From sequence record SRR33789315_114: 40,833 nucleotides of DNA; one strand, written 5' to 3'. Below, piece after piece: positions 19,936-30,089 of the stretch (positions are counted from its first letter, which is position 1; each line of letters starts with the position of its first letter). The notes below the pieces were generated by a model. That model saw only the letters and a program-made list of their open reading frames with translations, did no database searches and was not told the origin of the DNA. Made by a program: the position numbers and the translations under genes.

Positions 19936-20487
19936 ATGAAAATAAACTTTCTTCCCTTTCTTTTTTTTATACTTATCCTTTCCTCTTGTCAAGAGCAATC
20001 TAGTTTTATAAAAGATTGTAAATGCACAAAATTTAACAACTCAAATGGAATAACTGTAGTTGATACTCTTAACCATTACTCAATTAAATTACCTAACCAA
20101 GAATGGAATCTAACTCGTAATTATGATGAAAATGGAAATGGAATAAATGCAGGTTTATTTAGAGACGACTCTTTTCAAACTTTTGGAATAGCTGAATTAG
20201 AAAAATTCAAACCTTGGCCATCAAAAATTGAAGCTCAGAAAGATATAGATTCTAAATATGATGTTATAGATTTTGGAACGGTATATATACTAGGACAAGA
20301 GCAAATGTGGAGTCTGGTAAATCTTGAAAAAGATGAATTTCCTTCCCTCTCTTTATTCATAACGATTGAACATCCCTATAAGGGAAAATTTTACACTCTA
20401 AACTTATCAGCAAGTAATGGCAAAGAAGTAAAAAAAAGGTTATGTGAATTAGAAGGGTTAATAGAATCATTCACAATAATTGAATAG
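19936..20487 (+). CDS. Hypothetical lipoprotein
   Basis: MKINFLPFLFFILILSSC lipobox; 183 aa. Confidence 0.75.
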   Translation: MKINFLPFLFFILILSSCQEQSSFIKDCKCTKFNNSNGITVVDTLNHYSIKLPNQEWNLTRNYDENGNGINAGLFRDDSFQTFGIAELEKFKPWPSKIEAQKDIDSKYDVIDFGTVYILGQEQMWSLVNLEKDEFPSLSLFITIEHPYKGKFYTLNLSASNGKEVKKRLCELEGLIESFTIIE

Positions 20488-20535
20488 AAAATAAAATATC
20501 ATACGATGTATCTAATTCCTAATGCAAGATTATCG

Positions 20536-20590
20536 CTAAATTAGTTGCTTAAATACCAAATAAATATATGCAACACCGTTGTAAAACACC
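20536..20590 (+). repeat. Right half of the intergenic element ending in a GTT core
   Basis: GCTAAATTAGTTGCTTAAATACC...CAACACCGTTGTAAAAC just upstream of the 20601 ATG. Confidence 0.4.
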
Positions 20591-20600
20591 TTGGAATCTG

Positions 20601-21302
20601 ATGAAAAAATTAACTCTAGTACTCTTATTATTTTCAACCTTCTGTTTCTCACAAGAAGCTGACTATACTAAAACCCCTCAACTTCAGACAAAAGCCACCT
20701 ATACCACAGAAGTAAATCCTGACAAAATCACTTTATCTATTACGCTCTCAGAAAGTAATACAAAAGGAAAAGTTTCTGTAGAAGAACTGGAACAAAGAAT
20801 GGAAAAAGTATTAACAGAAAACAAGGTGGATATAAAAAAGCAACTCACCCTTACTGATTTATCAAGCAATTTTAAAGATTATTTTTTAAAGAAAACAGAT
20901 GTTCAAAAAACCAAAAACTATGAGCTTGAGGTATATGATACCGCTAGTGCGGGTAAAATCTTAAAAGGCTTAGAAAGTCAAGACATATCAAATGTGCAGT
21001 TGCTAAAAACAGAATACACAAAATTAGAAGAATTAAAAATTGAACTGAAAGGAAAAGCCATACTTAAAGCAAAAAAACAAGCCGAAAAAATGGTTGAAAA
21101 TCTTAATCAAAATTTAGGGCCAGCCCTTTTTATATCAGACTTAGAGACAAATATATCTGGTTTTCTTAAAGGGAGAGCTTCTGGAGTAAACGTAAGAGGA
21201 TTAAACTCTTTATATTCAGAAGCGGATTTAGATATGGAAATTGATTTTGACAAAATAAGAGTAGATGCGACTGTTATTGTTTATTTTGAACTAGTACACT
21301 AG
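20601..21302 (+). CDS. SIMPL-domain (DUF541) exported protein
   Basis: Signal peptide from ATG 20601 (MKKLTLVLLLF); EVNPDKITLSITLSE, AILKAKKQAEKM..LNQNLGPALFISD and C-terminal KIRVDATVIVYF. Confidence 0.8.
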   Translation: MKKLTLVLLLFSTFCFSQEADYTKTPQLQTKATYTTEVNPDKITLSITLSESNTKGKVSVEELEQRMEKVLTENKVDIKKQLTLTDLSSNFKDYFLKKTDVQKTKNYELEVYDTASAGKILKGLESQDISNVQLLKTEYTKLEELKIELKGKAILKAKKQAEKMVENLNQNLGPALFISDLETNISGFLKGRASGVNVRGLNSLYSEADLDMEIDFDKIRVDATVIVYFELVH

Positions 21303-21348
21303 ATTAAATCAAACTCAGTACCCACATTTTCTTAATACCATTTTAATA

Positions 21349-21984
21349 ATGAATAAATTGCTTTTAATACTCATCTTAATTGCTAATTTGAGTGCTAACT
21401 ATAACCAACCAAAAAAACAAGAAATGGGATTTTTTGATAAGCTATTTGGTAAAAATGCGGCTATACAAGATTCAAAAAAACTAATGGGCGAAACTAAATT
21501 TTGGCAACTTATACAAACGACAAAATCAAGTAGCTCTGGGAATTACGAATTACAGCAAACAGAATTGTATAAAGAACTGGATAACCTTACTCCTATCGAA
21601 ATACTTGAATTTGACAATAAATTCATGACCTTACGTGGAGAGGCCTATAATTGGGATTTATGGGCGGCAGCCTATATTATGAATGGCGGCTGTGCTGACG
21701 ATTGCTTTTCAGATTTTAGAGGTTGGTTAATTGGACAAGGAAAAGAAATCTTTGAGAAAGCAATGCAAAGCCCAGAAACGCTCGTCACTCTTGAATATGA
21801 TATGGATAATGACGATTGGGAAGGTTTGAGTTATGTAGCATCAGAAGTTTATGAAAACAAGACTGGAAAAGAAATGCCCGAAGGTATTCTTGAAAACTTT
21901 GATATCAGTGGCGAAGAATGGGAGGAAAATGATGCTATTTTAAAAGTAAAGTATCCTAAAATTCACGCAAAATGGGGATTTTAA
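21349..21984 (+). CDS. DUF4240-domain protein
   Basis: MGETKFWQLI, AYNWDLWAAAYIMNGGCADDCFSDFRGWLIGQGKEIFE and C-terminal KYPKI. Confidence 0.85.
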   Translation: MNKLLLILILIANLSANYNQPKKQEMGFFDKLFGKNAAIQDSKKLMGETKFWQLIQTTKSSSSGNYELQQTELYKELDNLTPIEILEFDNKFMTLRGEAYNWDLWAAAYIMNGGCADDCFSDFRGWLIGQGKEIFEKAMQSPETLVTLEYDMDNDDWEGLSYVASEVYENKTGKEMPEGILENFDISGEEWEENDAILKVKYPKIHAKWGF

Positions 21985-22062
21985 AAAACTAGGAACTGTA
22001 CTTTAGCAATAAATCTTAGTTTCACTACGTGCTTTCTAAAACACTTAAAATAAGCTTGTATT

Positions 22063-22638
22063 TTGATAAAAGTGATTAGCATATCAATAATTTATACACT
22101 TCTTTTATTTGGTTGTTCTCAATCTAAAAAGGAAAAAGAGGTTAGTGTTATTTCAGAATATCAAAAGACTAGTTCAAAAAACATTCATTCGGAATTTGAA
22201 AAATTAATAGTCGAATCGATTGACAGTACAATTTTTAGCAATTATACGATTGAATTTACAACCAATTCTGAGATTGATAGTTTAGATAAATCTCATCTTA
22301 CTTTTTGGACTTTAGAAAGTAATGTACTTACAGAAAAGGAAAGACATCTGCTTAAGAGATTAATTGAATCTGATAAAGATGGTGAGACCCTTCCTATTAG
22401 TGGGTTAGTAAAAGAAAGTTTACTGAAATCAAATCAAGAGTCGAACAAGCTCTATATTCAAAATTTAAATAAAATTGTAGTTGACTCAAGTCAAAATTTT
22501 GCTTTGACAATTCTGGGAACCTATTTTACAAACAAAAACATAGAAAGTAGAATTTCTGGTTGGAAGGAAATTGTAGTATTTGAAAAAGTCATTGACAACT
22601 GGAAAATAAGTAAACGCCTTATGTATGTAGAATATTAA
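22063..22638 (+). CDS. Hypothetical lipoprotein
   Basis: TTG start, LLLFGC lipobox, 191 aa. Confidence 0.7.
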   Translation: MIKVISISIIYTLLLFGCSQSKKEKEVSVISEYQKTSSKNIHSEFEKLIVESIDSTIFSNYTIEFTTNSEIDSLDKSHLTFWTLESNVLTEKERHLLKRLIESDKDGETLPISGLVKESLLKSNQESNKLYIQNLNKIVVDSSQNFALTILGTYFTNKNIESRISGWKEIVVFEKVIDNWKISKRLMYVEY

Positions 22639-22639
22639 A

Positions 22640-22801
22640 AAAATACACTCAATACATATAATCTATAACTTCTTCCCCGCCCTTTTGGAAAATCTACACT
22701 GGTGGCAGCCTGTGTCCCTAAATTTCGGGATTCCTTCTTCTAAGTTTTTTTGGTTAATTTAGTACAGAACCACGATCAAAGCTAAGAACATTAGTGGTCA
22801 T
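22640..22801 (+). repeat. Degenerate intergenic element, copy 4
   Basis: TATAATCTATAACTTCTTCCCCGCCCTTTTGGAAAATC...GTTAATTTAGTACAGAACCACG...ATTAGTGGTCAT, similar to copies 2 and 3. Confidence 0.4.
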
Positions 22802-22834
22802 CGGAGAAAACATATAAACAGCTAAAAAAATGAT

Positions 22835-23221
22835 ATGGACTATAAACCCAAAAATTATAATTCACTCTCACCATATTTAATTGTAGACAATGCCGAAAAA
22901 CTAGTGGACTTGCTCAAAACCATAGTCGGAGCAACAGAATTAAGAAGGTTTGACCACGAAAACGGAACCATTGCCCATATTGAACTGAAATTGGACGACA
23001 GCATTCTTATGATTAGCAATAGCACAAAAAATTATCCAGCCCACACAACAATGCTACATTTTTATGTGCCAGATGTGTTCAAAACCTTCGACTCGGCAAT
23101 CAAGAATGGCTGCTCAATGATTGAAAAACCCGTAAAGAAAGAAGGCGACTCCGATACAAGAGGCTCTTTTTAAGATTTTGCAGGCAACTATTGGTCGGTA
23201 AGTACACAACAAAATGATTGA
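22835..23221 (+). pseudogene. VOC/glyoxalase (PhnB-like) protein with a premature stop
   Basis: LSPYLIVDNA, IAHIELKLDDSILMI and LHFYVPDV. TAA at 23171-73 interrupts RGSF*DFAGNYWSVST. Confidence 0.85.
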
Positions 23222-23292
23222 AGAACTGAAAAACAATATGGCCTTCTCGCGAAGAATGGATAGTGAACTTGAGTAGATAACCGCAACCTGCC

Positions 23293-25170
23293 TCATTCAA
23301 TTGGTGTTGCCTCAGGAGATAAAAAACTTTCGATTAAGTCCTTAGAATGAGTGGTCGCAAGTACCGGGAAGTCAAACCAATTTTGCAACGCCTCTTTGAA
23401 CCCTTCCTTATTTAAATAACTATGTAACGCACGATTTAAACCCTTGGTATATTTGGGATGATCTGCTCCCAGAATATCTTGATGGTATAAATCGTTTTGA
23501 GCAAATCCTTCAAAAACCGGTCCTGTTATTTTTATTCCAAACTCCTGAGGATTCTTACCTATGGGACTATGAACTGTTGTGGTGAATTGGTGCCAAAATG
23601 CAGACTGAATACAGTTCTTTTCAAACAATTGCCTTACCACTTCGAGTGAATCCAGAGTTTCTTGCTCTGTTTCAGTTGGGAATCCATACATAAGATAGGC
23701 ATGAACCATTATATTATTTTGAGAAAAATTGTGGGTAACCCGCGTAACCTGCGCAATGTCCACGCCCTTTTTCATCTTGGCCAATAATCGGTCTGAAGCT
23801 ACTTCCAATCCGCCAGTTACCGCAATACACCCAGATTTTGCCATTAATTGGCATAATTCAAAATCAAATGTCTTTTCAAATCTTATGTTGGTCCACCACG
23901 TGATAGCTAGGTTTCTTTCTATCAGCGCTTCAGATAAAGCCCTTAGCATTTTAGGCGGAGCCGCTTCGTCCACAAAATGAAAACCGGTAATTCCTGTATC
24001 CTTTATTATTTTCTCGATTTTAGATACAAGATCATTAGCCGTTGTGTTTTGATAATTTCCGATGTAATCCAAACTCACATCACAAAACGAACATTGTTTC
24101 CAATAACAGCCGTGCGAAATAGTCAATTTATTCCATCTTGCATCTGTCCACATACGATGCATGGGATTCACCACATCTAAGAAAGACACATATTTATGAA
24201 AAGGCAATCCGGAATAATCAGGTGCTGGCAAGTTTCTATGATGAAAAATGGTGTTGGGTATTTTATTCTTGTAAACGACCTGATCGTTTTCTAGTACAAA
24301 AGTTCTTTCCAGTTCATTGATATCCAATTTACCATCCAGATAGTGCACTATTTTTAGTAAAGGTCCTTCCCCATCGTCCAGCGAAATAAAATCAACAAAT
24401 TCAAAAATTCTTGGATCTCTAAGAGAGCGCAACTCGGTGTTGCAATACCCTCCGCCAAAAGCAACATGAATATCAGGAAAAAGCTGTTTTATAAATTGAG
24501 AACACCGCAAAGCAGCAAATAAATTTCCTGGGAATGGAATGGTAAAACAAACTAAATTAGGCTTATGTTCTTCAACTTGGGCAACCAGAATATCAAGCAT
24601 CTCTTCCTCGATGAGGGTAGGCTGATAACTTAAAAATTCATCTATTTGATCAAAACTACTGGCTGAAGTGGCAATTTGCTCGGCATATTTAGTAAATGCA
24701 AAAAATTCATCCACATTGGCTTGAATAAAATCTCCTAATTCTTCTATAAAAAGAGTGCTGTAATGCTTTGCTTTATCGATGATTCCGGCTTCTCCAAATT
24801 CCCATTTAATATTTGTATTAACCTTCCACAGTCGATGTCCTAAAGGTAAAAAATCTGCTTCCAAGATTTTATAAGCCGTTGCAATATCCTGTTTTTGAAG
24901 AAACCCAATAACTATATTAACGCTTGCAATGTAAAGCGCTTTCATGCTCCTAACCTCAGGATAATGATCATGCTCCAAGTCTTCTGCTTCCTGAAAAATC
25001 GCAAGCAAGAAATCACGGGTAAAAATGGCGGTAAACAGCTCAATGCTTAAATCACAATGAGAAACAGAAATCCCTTTTTCTTCCAGAAATCCTTTAAGAT
25101 AGGCAGTTGCCGGATAAGCGGTGTTTAACTGCGTAAACGGTGGCGTAATAAAAAGGATCTTAGATTGCAT
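23293..25170 (-). CDS. B12-binding-domain radical SAM protein
   Basis: ITPPFTQLNTAYPATAYLKG N-terminus, CYWKQCSFC (CxxxCxxC), FHFVDEA, GGLEVASDRLL and YLMYGFPTET. Confidence 0.88.
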   Translation of the reverse strand: MQSKILFITPPFTQLNTAYPATAYLKGFLEEKGISVSHCDLSIELFTAIFTRDFLLAIFQEAEDLEHDHYPEVRSMKALYIASVNIVIGFLQKQDIATAYKILEADFLPLGHRLWKVNTNIKWEFGEAGIIDKAKHYSTLFIEELGDFIQANVDEFFAFTKYAEQIATSASSFDQIDEFLSYQPTLIEEEMLDILVAQVEEHKPNLVCFTIPFPGNLFAALRCSQFIKQLFPDIHVAFGGGYCNTELRSLRDPRIFEFVDFISLDDGEGPLLKIVHYLDGKLDINELERTFVLENDQVVYKNKIPNTIFHHRNLPAPDYSGLPFHKYVSFLDVVNPMHRMWTDARWNKLTISHGCYWKQCSFCDVSLDYIGNYQNTTANDLVSKIEKIIKDTGITGFHFVDEAAPPKMLRALSEALIERNLAITWWTNIRFEKTFDFELCQLMAKSGCIAVTGGLEVASDRLLAKMKKGVDIAQVTRVTHNFSQNNIMVHAYLMYGFPTETEQETLDSLEVVRQLFEKNCIQSAFWHQFTTTVHSPIGKNPQEFGIKITGPVFEGFAQNDLYHQDILGADHPKYTKGLNRALHSYLNKEGFKEALQNWFDFPVLATTHSKDLIESFLSPEATPIE

Positions 25171-25281
25171 AACGCAAAGATAGCGTTCTCTAAAAATAAA
25201 TGGATTGAGCTACTGCGCTTTTATAAATAGCAAATTACTACTTGGGTAATACTTAATATATCCGCTGTTATGACCTGAAAT

Positions 25282-25685
25282 GTGAGGAAACAACGTCCCG
25301 AAAAAGGGAATTCTTCTTATAATCAGTCCATAAATACAAAAAGAGATTCGGTGAGCTTGATAAGTTTTAAAAAAGAAATGAAGCGTGTGATGAAATTTCA
25401 TGCTATGGGAGGCAAAATTACTGTAGGAACAGATCCTACCGGGAGCGGAAAAACCATTGCTGGCTATGCAAACCAACGATTAATTGAACTCCTTATGGAG
25501 ACGGGCTTTAGCATTGAGGAAACCATAAAAATAGCCACACTTAATGGAGCCGTGTATTTAGGAATTGAAAAAGAAACAGGAACGATAACAGTAGGAAAAG
25601 AAGCTAATTTGGTTTTGATAAATGGAGTTGTCTTTGACGCTAAAAAATACTTGATGTTGTAAAAGGAAAGGTCGGACTCTATTAA
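25282..25685 (+). pseudogene. C-terminal remnant of an amidohydrolase
   Basis: ITVGTD, GFSIEETIKIATLNGAVYLG and GTITVGKEANLVLING. The tail KILDVVKGKVGLY* is in a shifted frame and the N-terminal metal-binding part is absent. Confidence 0.8.
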
Positions 25686-25764
25686 AAATCTCCACCTAAC
25701 AAAGCTATTAGCTATACCTTCTTTCCCGTCCTTTTAGAAATCCCGATGTATGAGCTGCTAAAGA

Positions 25765-25937
25765 GGTATTCCCAAAAGCGTTTTAGACAAAATCTTTCAA
25801 CCCTTTTTACGACCAAACCCACCAGACAAGGAACAGGTTTAGGATTATCTATGAGTTATGATATTGTAAAAGCACACGGTGGGGAATTAAAAGTGGAAAC
25901 CAAGGAAGGTTTGGGTACAGAATTTACCATTGTATAA
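25765..25937 (+). pseudogene. Remnant of a histidine-kinase HATPase_c C-terminus
   Basis: With one frameshift reads [48 protein letters not shown], paralogous to 29636-29810. Confidence 0.85.
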
Positions 25938-25960
25938 TCACTATAATAATATGTATCTTT

Positions 25961-28900
25961 ATGAATTACAGACTGATATTAACCATGAGATTGAACCCGG
26001 TATTTTTTTTTTATTTTCTAAGTTTATATACGGTGCTTGGTTTTAGCCAAGAAGATACCCTAGAAATCAATCCCTCCTACTTATCCATCGCAGACGGGCT
26101 GGCCTCTCCCACTGTAATGGATGTTTTTCAAGATAGTTATGGGTTATTATGGATTGCCACGTCAAACGGACTTCAAAAATACGATGGGTATAAGCTAGAC
26201 ACCTTTAAAAATATTCCCAGCAAAGCTACCAGCTTACAAAACAACAGCACGTGGGGCATTGAAGAAGATGCCGCTCACAATATATGGGTAGCTACAGCAT
26301 ATGGGCCTTCTCGGTATAACCGGCAGACAAACCAGTTTACCAATTATCCGTTTTACCAAGCCTTTAATGTACCTATAGACAACAGCCTTGTCTTTAACAT
26401 TTTTAAAGATTCTCAAAACAGACTTTGGGGACTTGGCCTATCAGTAGACTTGGCAAAATATGACCCTGAGGAAGATCAATGGAAGTTTGCTGAATATGCT
26501 ATTCCTGATTCAGATAATCCACCGCATTATGGGCACGCTTTAGCAATTACAGAAGATCGTTCGGGGACTATTTGGTTTGGATCCGGCATTTATGGGTTAA
26601 TGCGTATGGCTAAAAATGAGACGGCGTTTAAACCCATTCCTATAGAAAGGACCGGTGATGTTGATTTTACCCTTGAGGCCAATCAAATCACTTCACTCTA
26701 TTCAGATGCTAATACTATCTTATGGATAACTACACGTACAGGCATTTATAAATACAACCCTAAAACGGGTGCCCTTAGTACCCTAAAAAAATACAAGGAT
26801 GATCTTACCAATACTTACAGCCACCTGAACCGAATTTTACCCGATGCGCAAGGTAACATCTGGATTGCAAACAATTACCATGGCATACTCAAGTTTGAGG
26901 GTCTTTCAGACCGTTTTAAGGAGCTAACGATTGCCGGAAAAATAAAAATGCAGGGCGGTGATTGGAATATCACCATAACAGATTTCATTATCGATCAAAG
27001 CGGCATATTCTGGTTAGGGAGTATGGAAGCGGGTCTGCTAAAATACGACCCGGTGAATAAGCCCTTTACCCATTTAACTCATGACGAGGCAAATCCCCAA
27101 AGCTTGAGCTCCAATTTAATCTTTGGGGTTTTGGCTTCAACCGTTAAACCCGGAACAGTCTATGTAGGAACACGAGGAAGTGGATTTAATATTTTTGATC
27201 CCAAAAAGAAAACTTTTGAAAAAATAACCTTTAAAGCAAAAGATGATCGATATGGGGGATCTGTGAGGAGCTTCGCAGAAAATAAGGATGGTATACTTTG
27301 GTTGGGCACGTGGGGAGATGGGCTGATAAAATTAGACAAAAACTACCAAGAAATCAAACGTTATAAATATGATTCTTTAAACAGCAATTCTATCCCTAAT
27401 AATCAGGTACGCATACTTAAAAAAAATAAAAAGGGGGACGTATGGATAGGTACGGGTAACGGGCTTACGATATTACGTGAGGCAACCGGTAATTTTCAAA
27501 GGTTAGTTACTAAAAACACAAAAGTATATCCCCATACACTTATCAAACGACTGGAAGAGGATTCCCAAACCAGTCAAAAAGTCGGGATGATTGATAAAGT
27601 TCAAGATTTTGCAGACAAGTCCCTCCCCATAGAAATAAAAACCGCCGGTACCTACTGGGTCATGACAGTGGGAGAAGGGGACGTTACGGGTTTGTTTGAT
27701 AAGGGCTGGATTGAAAATGCCACCTCAAAAGATACCATCTGGGATTTTAATTCTTATGACCATTCTTTTTATGCAGGTGGCGCTGATAAAAATAGAATGG
27801 TTATTGAACCTATAAAATTAGAACCAGGCTCTTATATCCTTCGTTATAAAACAGATGACAGCCACTCCTATGATAAATGGAACGCAAACGCTCCTGACCA
27901 AACGACATTGTATGGTATTATGCTCATCAAGCCGCGGGATGAAACCATTACTGAAACCTTTGAGCAAATGAATATAGCCTACCAAAAAGAACTTCTGCTT
28001 AGTGGTAACAATATTTTAGATATAGAAATAGATGACCAATATGTTTGGGTAAGTGCCCAAAGTAACGGACTCAACAAAATCGATTTGGCTACTAATACCA
28101 TTACGTATTATCGCTATGATCCAAAAGATGAAAACTCGTTAAGTAGTGATAATATTCTGGATATTTTAGAGGATAGCCATGGGATGATTTGGTTAGCAAC
28201 CATAGAAGGCATTAATAAACTAGATCCTGATACCGATAAAATTACCCGATATTCTGAACTAGACGGATTGCCTACTAATCTTACCGAAAGTATTTTAGAA
28301 GGCGATAATGGCCAGATGTGGATTGCCACTCAAAACGGACTTTCGCAAATGGTACCTAATGAAGCGCTGGATAAAGTGACCTTTATCAACTACAATTCTT
28401 CAGATGGACTAGGTGGTGATATCTTTATTTCCCAAACAGCAGCACGGTCTATAGATGGGCAATTTTACTTTGGTGGAGACCACGGGCTCACCACGTTCAA
28501 AAGTGTTACAGCAAACAATGTTCCGCCCGCATTACTTATTTCTGATCTATTAATCGCCAATAAATCGGTAAAAGAAATGGGTGCAGACAGCCCATTAACC
28601 CAAAGTTTACTCGATATAAATAACATAAATCTGGCTTACAATCAAAACAACCTGAGTTTTGAATTTGCAGCCCTGCATTATGCAAATCCCGAAAAAAACC
28701 AATATGCCCACAAATTAATTGGGTATGATGACGACTGGATCTATGACAACAGGAACTTTGCTTCATATACCAACTTGGATCCTAGAAAATACGACTTTGC
28801 AATAAGAGCCTCTAATGCTTACGGCATCTGGAACGAAGAAGGCAAAATACTAGCGATAACCATATCGCCTCCTTGGTGGAAAACCTGGTGGGCGTATTTG

Positions 28901-29854
28901 CTCTACGCCATAGGTTTATTAGGATTAGGTCTTGCCATTAACAGCACCTTACGCAGAAGAATTATCATACGAGAACGAGAACGCTCCCGCGAAAAAGAAT
29001 TGGCACAGGCCAAAGAGATAGAAAAAGCCTATGCTAATTTAAAAGAAACCCAATCCCAACTTATTCAGTCTGAAAAAATGGCTTCTCTTGGGGAACTTAC
29101 CGCAGGTATTGCGCACGAGATTCAAAACCCATTAAACTTTGTCAACAATTTCTCTGAAATTAACTCAGAACTCATTGCAGAAATGAAAGAGGAATTAAAA
29201 AATGGCAACTTGGAAGAAGTGGAAATATTGGCCAATGACATTGATGAGAACGAAAAGAAAATCATCTTTCACGGCAAACGTGCTGATGGTATTGTAAAAG
29301 GAATGTTGCAACACAGCCGTAGCGGTGGTAATATAAAAGAACCTACAGACCTAAATGTGCTGTGTGACGAATACTTGCGTCTCTCCTACCACGGTTTGCG
29401 TGCCAAGGACAAAAGCTTTAATGCCACCCTAAAAACAGATTTTGATCCTACTGTAGATAAGGTTAATATCATCCCGCAGGATATGGGACGCGTGATTTTA
29501 AACTTATTGACCAATGCCTTTTATGCCGTAAAAGAGAAGAAGAAAAACGCTCCTGAAGACTACAAACCAACTGTAACCATTAGTACCAAGAAACAAGAGC
29601 AAGCTGTAATTATAAAAATAGAAGACAACGCCAACGGTATACCTAAAAGTGCATTAGACAAAATCTTTCAACCCTTTTTCACGACCAAACCTACCGGGCA
29701 AGGAACAGGTCTGGGTTTAAGTATGAGTTATGATATCGTGACCAATGCACACGGGGGAACACTTGTCGTTGCTACAAAAGAAGGAATAGGATCCACGTTT
29801 ACCATTGAGTTGCCTTTAAACGAAACGGCTGAAACAAGAATACACTTATATTAA
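25961..29854 (+). CDS. Membrane sensor histidine kinase: Reg_prop beta-propellers with inserted domain, Y_Y_Y, TM, HisKA, HATPase_c
   Basis: Signal peptide (true start possibly ATG 25985), repeated D..G.IW.AT blades, FEFAALHYANPEKNQYAHKLIGYDDDW, PPWWKTWWAY TM, GELTAGIAHEIQNPLNF H-box, N-box NLLTNAF and G-boxes FFTTKPTGQGTGLGL. Confidence 0.93.
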   Translation: MNYRLILTMRLNPVFFFYFLSLYTVLGFSQEDTLEINPSYLSIADGLASPTVMDVFQDSYGLLWIATSNGLQKYDGYKLDTFKNIPSKATSLQNNSTWGIEEDAAHNIWVATAYGPSRYNRQTNQFTNYPFYQAFNVPIDNSLVFNIFKDSQNRLWGLGLSVDLAKYDPEEDQWKFAEYAIPDSDNPPHYGHALAITEDRSGTIWFGSGIYGLMRMAKNETAFKPIPIERTGDVDFTLEANQITSLYSDANTILWITTRTGIYKYNPKTGALSTLKKYKDDLTNTYSHLNRILPDAQGNIWIANNYHGILKFEGLSDRFKELTIAGKIKMQGGDWNITITDFIIDQSGIFWLGSMEAGLLKYDPVNKPFTHLTHDEANPQSLSSNLIFGVLASTVKPGTVYVGTRGSGFNIFDPKKKTFEKITFKAKDDRYGGSVRSFAENKDGILWLGTWGDGLIKLDKNYQEIKRYKYDSLNSNSIPNNQVRILKKNKKGDVWIGTGNGLTILREATGNFQRLVTKNTKVYPHTLIKRLEEDSQTSQKVGMIDKVQDFADKSLPIEIKTAGTYWVMTVGEGDVTGLFDKGWIENATSKDTIWDFNSYDHSFYAGGADKNRMVIEPIKLEPGSYILRYKTDDSHSYDKWNANAPDQTTLYGIMLIKPRDETITETFEQMNIAYQKELLLSGNNILDIEIDDQYVWVSAQSNGLNKIDLATNTITYYRYDPKDENSLSSDNILDILEDSHGMIWLATIEGINKLDPDTDKITRYSELDGLPTNLTESILEGDNGQMWIATQNGLSQMVPNEALDKVTFINYNSSDGLGGDIFISQTAARSIDGQFYFGGDHGLTTFKSVTANNVPPALLISDLLIANKSVKEMGADSPLTQSLLDINNINLAYNQNNLSFEFAALHYANPEKNQYAHKLIGYDDDWIYDNRNFASYTNLDPRKYDFAIRASNAYGIWNEEGKILAITISPPWWKTWWAYLLYAIGLLGLGLAINSTLRRRIIIRERERSREKELAQAKEIEKAYANLKETQSQLIQSEKMASLGELTAGIAHEIQNPLNFVNNFSEINSELIAEMKEELKNGNLEEVEILANDIDENEKKIIFHGKRADGIVKGMLQHSRSGGNIKEPTDLNVLCDEYLRLSYHGLRAKDKSFNATLKTDFDPTVDKVNIIPQDMGRVILNLLTNAFYAVKEKKKNAPEDYKPTVTISTKKQEQAVIIKIEDNANGIPKSALDKIFQPFFTTKPTGQGTGLGLSMSYDIVTNAHGGTLVVATKEGIGSTFTIELPLNETAETRIHLY

Positions 29855-30089
29855 ATGAAAAAGCATAATACCCTATGAAAAAAAATAAATCCAAACAGTC
29901 TTTTGTGTATTGTCTTGTTTTTCCCGTATTTTTAAGTATTGCTTTAATTTATCGTGGTTTAATCTTAAAAGTTAAGCACATCCTGCTATTGAAGTATACT
30001 AAATTATTCCAGCCCCCCTTATTATTTTTAAGTTTTGACGTTAGTATGCGAGAACCACAAAACCAAATGGATCTATTACTATTTAAGCT

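Noticed and set aside
17200-23250. Complete classical integron
   Set aside because: No IntI or other tyrosine recombinase in the window, and the elements deviate from canonical attC. Reported only as cassette-like.
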